A stretch of 64,000 nt of DNA from Somniosus microcephalus (taxonomy: Eukaryota), in the NCBI GenBank assembly GCA_052327205.1, contig JBMRGM010000043.1:31744001-31808000 (forward strand), in the 5' to 3' direction. The notes under the pieces were generated by a model. That model saw nothing but the letters and a program-made list of their open reading frames with translations, was not told where the DNA came from and did no database searches. The translations under genes and the position numbers were made by a program. Of the stretch, positions 9,409 to 21,400 are shown in pieces; positions within the stretch are counted from its first letter, which is position 1, and every line of letters begins with the position of its first letter.

Positions 9409-12400
9409 GGCGGAGCGGGAGAGGGAGTCAGTGCGAAAGACAATCAGATAGGGACAGAGAGAGACAGATAGACAGAGATTGTAAGAAAGTAACAATTAAG
9501 CTGTCCACGAAGGAGAGTGACAGAGAGAGAGAGAGAGAGACGGCAGGAGTTTTTTTTTCAACTCAGTTTTGCAGATTCACGATGAAGGGCTTCTTTTATT
9601 TTCTGTTGTGAGGGAGAAAATAGACATTAACGGGACGACAACACTTGAGTTAACAAAGCTGAGGAGAACATATTTACTATGATTATACTTGACCTAAACT
9701 GACGGCTTAAGGGTGTTTGGCAAGGAAATTTAAAATGCTGCATCTTTAAAATTAATTTCTGATGCTGTTTATTGGAATTTAGACAGAAATGACTCTTTAT
9801 GGCCACAGGACATTGAGGCTGCCTTCCTGTGAGATGCTGACGTCAGCGCTCTATTGGCTTGTTAACCACTGGATCACAAGCCCAGCAAACAGGAACAAAC
9901 AACAGGGTTTGCATCTTTAATGTACCACCGACTCTTTCACCAGAATCTCATCTATTTTAGTAACTTGACATCAGTTGTGGGACCATGTTGGTCACAGCTA
10001 CTTCCACAGATTAATGAGGTAGAGCTTAAAATATGTGAAGTTAACCTCAAGTTGTTCATTCTTGAGCATATAATAGGCCCCATGATTTATTTGTTGCACA
10101 GCACATGAAACCCACTTTTTGGAAATATTGGCCTAACTGAATGCTTGAAACATTCACCCTATTGAATCCTAGCTGGACAAAAGTCCCAGGTTCTACATGT
10201 TGAACAATGAAATACAGACACATCTGCATTGACCATTGACCCTTTTGCAATTATATTTGCAAGGTTTGCAGCAGCAGGCATTGCCTTAGTAGTCTGATTC
10301 CTGTGGCCTGAGGCGCGACAAAAGCTTCCTGCTGCTTTCTGCTGCTAGCGGCTGGGTCATGTATTGTCTTCACGAGTATCAGTTGCAACCCAGGTAATAC
10401 TTGTGATTCTGAATCGATTAAAGATGAGTTAACTGATGATAGGAACATACCAACAGGAGTAGGCCATTCAGCCCTTCGACGCTGCTCTGTCATTCAATTA
10501 TATGATGGTTAATCTGTACCTCCACTCCAATTACCCCACTTTGCTCAACATCCATTGTTACGCTTACTCAACTCGTGTCAGCCGTGGCTCAGTGTATAGC
10601 ATTCTCGCCTCTGAGTCAGAAGGTTCGTGTGATTCCGGTCCCACTACAGGGACTTGAGCACAATCAACTAAGCTGATACTCCAGTGCAGTGCTGAGGGAG
10701 TGCCGCACTGTCGGATTGGCCGTTTTTTATAATAGACGTTAAAGTGAGACCCCTTCCAGGGTGTTTATCCCTGGTGCCCTGGGCAATATTTGTCCCTCAA
10801 TCAACATGACAAAAACAGATAATCTGGTCATTATCAACATCATTGTGTGAACATTGGCTGCCACATTTCCTACACTGACTAAACTTTAAATGTCCTTCAT
10901 TGGTTTTAAAACGCTTTGGGAAGTTCGGAGGTCTTGAAAGGCGCTATAGGAAGGCAAATATTTCTTTCATTTTTTAACGAAGATCTATCGATCTCCGTCT
11001 TGGAAGTACCAATTTACCCGCAAAATCCACAGCGGTTTTTGTAAAGAGCGTTGAAATTTCTCACTACACATTGTGTGAAAAAGTGCTTCCTGATTTCCAT
11101 CCTAAATGGCCTATAAACAATTTTAATGAAATATTCCCTTCTCCTTGACAGAACAATCACACTCATTGGCTCTCAGAACAATGATACATTTCAATATTTG
11201 TCAGTTTCCTTTCATCCGGCAGCAACTTTTCCATATAGTCCTCAGACCATGGGGAACTTCCACAAAATAACAATTTATCTTTGTCTGTGAGAGGGACAAT
11301 TGGCATCATTCGATATATTAATATTTTACATTTACTTCAACTGAACTGAATACCTCGTGGCATGTATGGACTGGCAGCAAATGTGTTTCCGCCTGTTTTG
11401 TGTCCCTGCCGAAGTCAAATTTCAACCCCTGGGTGTTTCCTCTATTCAGCTGCCTTACAGCTGAGCAGCTGAGGTCAAACTTGAAGATGGTCTCAGATAA
11501 TGAAACATATTTTACATTGTCTTCTCTCTTGCAGTGCAAATTACTCATCAGGCGACCACACAAGGTATGATGACAATAATGTCCTTTATTGATAATAATC
11601 CAGTTGTGGAATGAACGCTTCCAATTTATATCTATAGGACAACAACAATCCAGCAATGGAGTAATTATCAGCTGTTCGCCCGTGCGTAAAACTGTGGTTC
11701 TGGACTCGCCACCTATGAGAAACTTTCGGTCATCATTTTCATTGATTCGGTGGGAATGTAAAGTGGGCGGTTTCTCTCACGGTCGGCCAATCAGAACCCC
11801 AGTTTTAAGCCTCGGCGCCAAGTTTAATGTCTACCACAATATATTAAAGAAAAAGCGACCTAGAAATTTGTCTGTGTAACTGCTAGATCATTTAACTGTG
11901 GGTTGGCAGCGAGTAATCATAACTGAGTAAATAAATGGATGGATAGATAGACAGTTCTTTGTTGAAGTAACAGGGAATGCTAATCAAATTAGTGCAGTTC
12001 ACTGTCGTGTATATAGACTTTCAAAAAATGCCTAATGAAGTACCACACAACTGATTTGTTCGCAAAAATCGTATTGTTATCATTGCGATTAAGGGGTACG
12101 GACAGCGTGGATAAGAAATTGTCTGAGACAAGGAAGCAGAGAATAGTTTTCAATTTTCGTTTTCTGTGATTGGAAGGGAATATTCAGTGTTATTCATAGT
12201 CATAGAGTTATACAGCACAGAAAGAGGCCCTTCGGCCCATCGTGTACACGCCAGCCATCAAGCCCTATCTATTCTAATCCCATTTTCGAGCTCTTGGTCC
12301 GTAGCCTTGTATGCTGTTGCGTTTCAAGTGCTCATCTGAATGCTTCTTGAATGTTGTGAGGGTTCCTGCATCTACCATTTCATGATGATATGGAAATATA

Positions 12401-15400
12401 TGGAAAGCGTACTTATTCTGTGTCGCTTTTATGCTTTCGCTAGTAAATCTGATGGGAGAGTGCATGGAGCACACTCCGACCATTCTGTTCTGCAATGACA
12501 TACGGGGTGGGAGGCGGTGACTAGTGGTGTTTTGCAAGGATCAGTGCTTGGGCACCAGCTATTCACAATAAATATCAATGATTTGGATGAGGGAACCAAA
12601 TATAATATTTCCAAGTTTGCTGATGAAATGACACGAGGTGGGATCGTGAGTTGTTATTAGGAGGCAAAGTGTCTTCAAGGAGATTTAGACAAGTTGAGTG
12701 AGTGGGCAAAACCATTGCAGATGCAGCATAACGTGGATAAATGTGAAGTTATCCACTTCGGTTGGAAAAACAGAAAGGCAGAGTACTAAATAAATGGTGA
12801 TAGATTGGGAAATGTTCATGTATAAAGGGACCTGTGTGTCCTTGTACCCCAAACACTGAAAGCAAATATGCAGGTACAGCAAGCAGTTAGGAAGGCAAGT
12901 GGTATGTTGATATTCATTGCAAGAGGATTTGAGTACAGGAGCAAGGATGTCTTTCTACAGTTATAGAGGGCCTTGGTGAGACAACACCTGGAGTACTGTG
13001 TGCAGTTTTGGTCTCCTTACCTAAGAAAGGATGTACTTGACATAGAGGGAGTGCAGCGAAAGTTCACCAGACTGGTTGCCGGGATGGCAGGACTGTCGTA
13101 TGAGGACAGATTGGGTCGACTAGGCCTGTGTTCACTACAGTTTAGAAGAATGTGTGGATCTCATTGAAACGGTTAAAATTCTGGCAGGGCTACGCAGACT
13201 GGATGCAGGGAGGATGTTTCCCCTGGCTGGCGTGTCTAGAACGAGGGGTCACAGTCTCAGGATACGGGGTAGGAAGTTTAGGACTGAGACGAGGAGAAAC
13301 GTCTTCACTCATAGGGTGGTGAACCTGTGGAATTCTCTACCACAGAAGGCTGTGGAGGGCGAGTCACTGAATATATTTAAGAAGGGGATAGATAGATTTC
13401 TAGACACAAAAGGCATCAAGGGGCATGGGGAGAGAGCTGGAATATGTTTGTGAGACGTAGGATCTGCCATGATCATATTGAATGGCAGAGCATGCTCGAA
13501 GGGCTGAATGGCCTACTCCTTCTCCTATTTTTCCATGTTTCTGTGTTTCTAAGCTGGGTCCGGTGTAAATCACAAAATCCTGATTTGCATGGTGACAGAG
13601 GAGTACCGCCAGGAAAAGGCAGGTGCTTCTGCCGCCCAAAGGTCGGCCATTCTAAAAGTTTAAGCAGCCAGGGAGTTTCCGTTTACAACGTGCTGAGGTC
13701 GATATCAACGATGTAAAGTCATCACCAACTCAAAAGATCGATCCATGGGCACCCGATAGGTAGCGCCCATTTTGGACAGCGACTAGAAATTCTCTGTAGT
13801 GGATATTGCACAGATTAGTTTCAACAATTCTAATCAGAACATTATTTTATTTTCATTCTACAGCCCATGTCCCAGAAGTAGTCCTTAGCAATCCGAGCGA
13901 TGGAATCGTGAAAGAAGGGGAGACATTTTACCTGCATTGTCGATACAGAGGCATGAATCAATGGGCTTATTGGTATAAAGATGAGACTTATATTCATTAT
14001 AAATATATGTTCTTTGAAAGATATGCAGATAGTCGCAGTGGAGCGTCTTACCAGTGTTCAGTGCCGCTGCTTTGGTCCTCCTCTGAGAAGAGTAAACCTC
14101 TGGATTTAGTCACCATTGGTAGGTAAACTTCGACACCAATGATCATAGCACAGTTTTAGTCGAGAAATGTGTCGCTTATAAAGGGGCCTCACAGTCAAAT
14201 ATAGTACAGGATATCAAGCACATGCAATACTGGGATAAAATTGGACCACTGGGCAGAAGTGTATCTTCATCCCTCCTCCTAACAGGGGGACCTCTCGGTT
14301 TCCCCAGAGTTGAAATATATGCCGCTATTTTGTGCGGTAGTATCAGCCAGTTTCACCTCCCATTTATATCACATTAACTTCAATTGAAATATCGCACAGA
14401 GTCTAAATCTACCCAAATTCTTACATGTTGTTAGGTCAATCAAATGTTATTTATTTCAAGAGAGACCTTAAACCGCTAATTGTGCATGGAACAGCGGCTC
14501 TCTAAAACAGCAGATACGAGAAAGCCACCGTTAATATCTCCTAGAGTAATTTTAAGACTGTGTTGAAAGCTTAAATTCTATTTCCAAAGTTCAAACTACA
14601 AAATCTGTGATCTGCAAACTAGTTTATATTAATAATAATGACATCTGAGAATTGCTGTGTCGCTGGTCTGATATGCAATGACTTCTCCATTTAAACATTA
14701 CTTCATCCTCTGCGAAGTAGGTTGTAGGGTGACCCATCACAGGTTTAAAATCCAACTTTGGTGGAAGCACGTAATGGGCTCTACTCTCTCCAACCCTGTT
14801 ACAAATCAAATGTAAAAGTCATAAAACCGACTGCTGTTTCGTATTCGCTCATTTGCCGCCAATGTGTATTACAAATTTATACCGGAGTGGGAATAACTTT
14901 ACCTTTCATCGCAGGGTGAAATAAACAGGCGAGGTCCAATCAATCGCCATGTTTTAGATTCAGGTGGAGTCGCATTTCTATTTACTTCAGTGTTAAATAA
15001 ATCGAGAGTGGTTTGAAACTTATGGCTGCTCCATTACTGCCCTTTGGCCTCTTGGCGGTAAAAGTGAAAAGTAGCTCAAGTGTATCCTCCCGGCGCTCCC
15101 CTGGGATCAGGATTGGTTGGAAGTGCATCTGCAGACCCGAGGCATGGTGAGAAGTGGAGTGTACATTTATCTTGTGTCTCTCAGAAAACAAATTATTATG
15201 AGGTGCAACGAATGCTTTTATCTAGGTAATAAGCAATGCTAGAAAAATTGTTGATAGGTGACTAACTAGGGGCGCTCCTTGAGCACTGCCACAAGTTTAT
15301 TGTATGTGCAGTGCAAAAACCCTTTACATACATAAATGGGGTTCCCTTCCGCACACCTGGCGAAGTTACAGCGGAGGAGCGAAGGCAGGAAATTGCCCTG

Positions 15401-18400
15401 TGTTTCCACAAAAGTTAATGGGACAATGAGCAGCTAATTTGTTTGGTCTTGCTGGACGAACGAGCAATACCCCAGGACACTGGAACGACTTCTTCGTCTT
15501 GGCGTCGTTCAATGGGATTTTTAACTGATATCAGAAGCACCTGAACAGGTGAAAGCGGCCACGGTTTTAATATCTTGATTCCACAACATTTACAAATACC
15601 AGACGTTTATTTAGAGAGGGCTGGGCATCTGCCTGGCTGTTGAATCGATCCTCGCCATTGAACTTCGTTGATGAAACCTTGAAGGGCAATATGAGCAGTG
15701 ATAGCTCAGCATTAGAAAGGGAACGGTCACTCTCTGAACCAATAAACATTAGTTTGGCTTTTCAGGTCTTAAAATTACTTTTAGTTACTGAGGTGATACC
15801 GATTGCTCTGGATATTGAGCTGCACTTTCAAGCCAATGTTTTTTAACATTGAAGAATGGTGCTTTAACATATTTTAATTTGTATTTCGTTCATATGTTTC
15901 ACTTTTTTTGCAGCTTCTGATATGAATTTAACTCTGGAAGTGAATCCAACATCCGCACTGTCAGGTGACAGTATTATCCTGAAATGTTTGATGCCTTCCT
16001 GGAAATGGAGAGAAGGTTTTCCCTTCCTGTGGTATCGAGATAAACAGTTAATAGCAGAAACTGACGAATCTCAGTACACCATAGAAAACGCAAAAGAGTC
16101 AGATACGGCACCATATCGGTGTGAACTCAAAATACGTTACAGGAAGTGGATCTCCCCGAATGTAACCATCACCATAAAAAGTTGGTCACTGCTTTTCTTT
16201 TTCATTTTCTTTATTTGATCTGGTAATGAGCTGTTGAAGGATGTGAAGTATTCTAAGAATCCTTGGCCTATATATGACTGCACAACCACAGAAATGTGGT
16301 TGACTCTTAATCCCCTCTGAAATGGCCTGGCAAGCTACTAAGTTTTATCAAAGCACGAGAAAAAACTGTAAGATTAAAACTTGGAGGAACACCTGGCATT
16401 GAACTAGGCATCATATTCGGACACAGATAAGACACACAGTCAACCCTGCAAAGCCCTCCTCCCTAACATCTGGGGACTTCTGCAAAAATTGGGACAGCTG
16501 TCCCACAGACCAGTCAAGCAATAGCCTGTCATAGTGATGATCACAGAATCATAACTTCCAGCCAATGTGGTGGCTGGGTGGTGACAGAGTGATGTAACTG
16601 TGAATATTTGCAGAATTCACAGTGATCATAGTAGATGTTGAGACACAGCAGGGAATAGCGAAAAGAGCAAAGTTCTATTGAAGGATTCATACTTGAATAA
16701 GTCTTGCACAGCGTGGAGTTCCTGTATCAGCAGAATATATTAAGCAGATTAAGTTCTCCGCAAACAAAGCAGCGAGTGCAAATCCATAACAATATAGTAA
16801 TGCTGCCTACTGGAGTGTTCCACAATACAGCTGCTGGTTACCATTTAGTACAGTCGCACCTCGTGGTGGTTCTTGGTATATCCTTGCTCTTGTTATCAAT
16901 AATCTCTGCTATTTGTTTAACTATATGAGATGAATTCTTACCTCCCAATCCATATTCTGTTTTCACCGAACTCTTCTCCAAACCTAAACTGAGGACTGAG
17001 CCTGCAGTTAAAATATTTGAGGTAGACCAGTTAAAATTCATTTTTTTTATTGAAACAATGCTGTTCAATATTAGGCTTCAATACACATTTCACAAAAATG
17101 GCAAAGCTCTGCAGTTGAATTCATACATCAACTCTAAGCACATGGGGGCAGCTTCTTTGAAGGGCTCGGTGACTTAGCCTTGTTGAGCAAATGCTTTCTA
17201 CCACCGTGATAACAACAGAGTGATGAGGTTTCCATTACGGTAGAAGGTAAATAGAACCAGCTGTAATTACTGTTCATCTTTCATTTAAAGAATTCTTCAG
17301 GGGATTATAGATAAATAAATATACGGGAGGGATCCAATGTGGAAAAAGATTTACTCCCAGCTTTATCACATAATAAATCAATTTTGGATGTGATCTGTTT
17401 AAATCAAAGCGCCACCTGGTTCTATAAAAAATCCATACATTTACTGAAACCCACACTTGTAATAGCTGCAACGTTTGAAGACCAGTGTCCACTCCCAGTG
17501 GCTAATATTAGCTTCCTGCAATAGTGTCGAATGGGCGATACTGAATTTGCCTCCCATTATATGTCCCTCCCGTGTTTGCATCGCATCATTATCATTGGAC
17601 AGGAACATCGTGCGTGGTGTACAATTGGTGCAAGATTCGATACCACGCGTTTTACACCATGGATCCAAGGTCAAGTTACCTCCTCTGTTTCTGTCTGACT
17701 GAATCAGCAACGAGCAGAACCTGGTCAGGAACAGCACGGTGTTTAATCAGACAGTGCCTTACCACTTACTAGTCCCGGCAATCGTTGCTAGCTGAAATCT
17801 CGGTGCTAAAATTTAACTTGGAGAGTGCAGTAGATAATTGGCAGACAAGGAAATCGAATTTCACCTGTGTGTAGATAGTATGGCCAATGAGCTACTACCG
17901 GTTTTGCACCCCAGACAAACTTGAATTTCCACCCCTCCAATTTCAGTAGAGGGGGATGACGGGGTGGCAAAACGCCGGAGGCTATTGAAGGCTGAGCCTC
18001 TGATGTCCGGCCTCTCGATTGCATTCAGTTAGAATCTGCCAATCATAACTCTATCTTTACATTTTAAAAGGAGCAGGCAATCAGAACACCAAGTGGGTGT
18101 TATCGATCCTGTGTCATCAGTGGATTTTCAAAGAATTGCATTGTCCATAGCTGAGCGTTTAACATGAATGTCCTAAAATGTGAAGGTGCTGCAACAATGA
18201 CCAATGAGGTTTCAGTATTTAAGACTTGGGCATAAAGCATCGCCTGGGCGGAGAGCAGAGTCCAAAATCTGAGTGGGGGGAATGGGGTGGGCTGAAGAGG
18301 GATAATCTCACAGGACCCGCAGGATGTTTCCTCCATTCATTTTAACGGAAGGGTTAACTTCTCCCCAAATCTAGCCACGAGAGTATGTTCAGATGTCGGT

Positions 18401-21400
18401 GTTCCAAAATGCATCTTTCTATAAACCGAGTGCAATCAAGGATTATTGAACGGCTCTTTCTTTGAACCGCTGTCAGCATTTCATTGCTCTGATCATTAAC
18501 TTGTGTTATCCAAACAAATACTTTCATAAATCTTTGAGAGATGCTTCAGCTGGTAAATCTATTTTTTACTCTTTTATAGAGCTCTTCTCCAAACCTACAT
18601 TGAGGGCTGATTCTGAAGCTCAAATATTTGAGGGCCAACAGTTAAATCTCGCATGTTCGGCTGAAATATTTCGCTCCAGTTCGTCTTTGAGATATGTATT
18701 TTTCAAAGATGAACAAGCTCTCAATTCAGCGGCAGACCACAACTATTACATCAAGGAGACATCACTGCTGGACGATTCGGGGATTTACCAGTGTGAAGCA
18801 AGTACTTTGAACAGTGAGGTGAAGAAACTGAGTAATCAGGTTTCTGTTTCAGTCAGACGTGAGTACAATTTACTGTTAGAATTTAGCATCTTTCATCCAC
18901 AAAATTCCCAGCAGGTTCGCACACGGGGATTGATCCGTGAAGAAAGGGCCTTACCTATATGTTCAACATGCACTGAATACATAAATAACTAAATTATTGT
19001 CGCATAGACAACAGGGGAAAGGAAATAATAGCATGTTTATACAACACATTCGTGAGGCCACAGATACTGTGTCCAATGTCCTGCCTTCCATTTTAAAGAG
19101 AACAGTAAAATCACAGAAAACGGGAAGCGTTGATTCACCAGATGACGCCAGGGATGGAAAACTTTATTCACCAGAATAGACTTGAGCTACTGGCACGAAC
19201 ACTACCGGAGTAGCCATGGCTAAGAGTTATTTCATTACTGTTTATTACATGATAAGACCGAGATAGGGTGATAAGGGAATGGTATTTACTCTGATTGCGA
19301 AGACAGGAAGGAGGGATCATTGATGTATAATTATCAATATAAGCGGGAGGATAGCTTAGAAGAACGTTCTTTATTCGAGGATTGCTGGAACAAAGAATGA
19401 TTGGCCAAGTGGAGCAGTGGAGTTAGATGCAATTGCATTTAGGTAGATAGTGTTTATGGTACTGGAATAGTGCAGAGTTAGTAGGAATCAGTACCAGGCC
19501 AGAGATAGTAGGGTGGCCACTAGTGGATTGCAATAGGAATCATTGCAGTTCCAGAATCAGTTTTTCCTCTATTAATTCCACTGACTGCTGAAGTAGGAGA
19601 GGGGCACGGGCGCCCAAGATTGGAGTGGTAACCTAAATGACGAGGCTCTTTATTTTGATGAGAGCCCTATTTCACTTTGAAAGTAATACTACAAATTCCA
19701 CAAAAGCAATGTAATTAACAAATGGTTATATTTACAGGAATCCCAGTGTCCAAACCAGAACTGGCAATCAGCCCTGGTAAAGAGTTACTGGAAGGCGACA
19801 CAGCATCGTTAACCTGCTCAGTGTTCAACGGTTCTACCCCGATTACCTACATATTCTACAAAGGCCCGAATAAAGAACTCTTCCGAGAGGAGTCCAACCT
19901 AACCGAAATTACTTACCAAATCGGTAAAGTCAACCAAAGCACCCAAGGGGATTATATTTGTGGTGTTTCAAATGAAGCGACCAGACGTCCTCTACACAGC
20001 GATTTTGTTACGGTTGCAGTGCTAGGTGAGTTATTATAAATACCTCTGAGGCAGAACGAAACTAGTGACTCAAAGTGAGAACAGTCCGGGAATCATTGCT
20101 TTTGCCAATAGCTTGGACGTTGTAACATCTTCTTTGACATTCTTCTGTGTGAAGTGAGGCACTGCGCCATTTACATTAAACAGGTGAATGCCTAAAAAGA
20201 ACAAGAATGTCATCTGATTGCATCAAATATTGGTCTACAAACTGCAACTGTTAGTTGTAGATTTAAAACGGCCGATCAGTCTGTTTAATTGACAAATTGA
20301 GAGAAGTTATACGGAGAGGTTAATGACGACTCAAATCTTAATACCATCGGCAGTAATTTTTGGGCTATAAATTTTAGAACATCATCTCTTAACCGTAGCT
20401 GCTAATACTTTTGTATTTGTATATGGGATTGGGAGTCGCTGGCAACATTTGCTTTAATTGGCCATCCCTAATTGCCCTTGAGAAGGTAGTGGTGAGCCAC
20501 CTTCTTGAACCGCTGCAGTCCACGTGGTGAAGGTACTCCCACAGTGCTGTGAGGGAGGGAGTTCCAGGATATTGACGCAGGAGCGATGAAGGATCGGCGA
20601 TATACTTCTAAATCAGGGCAGTGTGTGGCTTGGAGGGAACCTTGGAGGTGATGGTGTTTCCATGCCCCTGCGGCCCTTGTCCTTCTTGGGGGAAGAGGTC
20701 GCGGGTTTGGGAGGTGCTGCCGAAGAAGCCTTGGCGAGTTGCTGCAGTGCATCTTGTAGATGGTGCACACTGCAGCCACGGTGTGCCAGTGGTGGAGGGA
20801 GTGAATGTTTAAGGTGGTGGATGGGGTGACAATCAAGGGGGCTGCATTGTCCTGATGGTGTTAAGATTCTTTAGTGTTGTTGGAGCTGCACTCAATAGAA
20901 AAGTGGAGAGTATTCCATCACTCCTTAATTGTGCCTTGTAGATGGTGGAAAGTCTTTGTGGAGTCAGGAGGTGAGACACGCGCCAGAGATTACCTAGACT
21001 CTGACCTGCTCGTGCTGATAATATATTTCAAGCTCAGTTGGACAATATAGGTTCCATCCCTATATTGGAAGATGGGCAACAGTGGAGCCCTCAGGCTTTC
21101 GGCCCGAATTAAGCTTTGCTCTGAAGCGGGCCATTGTAACTTTAGCCGAAGGTGAAACATGGGTCATATCGTAGAGTTCGCCCATTATAATCAACGTCAT
21201 ATATTTCCTTCCATTGCCTGGTGGATTCCCCCCGCATTGTTCTGTATGTAACTCAGCGCAAGTTGTACTGATGGCTCATTGTCACCACCACATTGAGGCC
21301 GGTGACAAAGGAAATCTGCACATGTTTCAGTGCATTAACGAACCTACCTGAAAACAATCATCTTGTTTGTCCACTCGCTATATTTCCCGTTTCATATACA

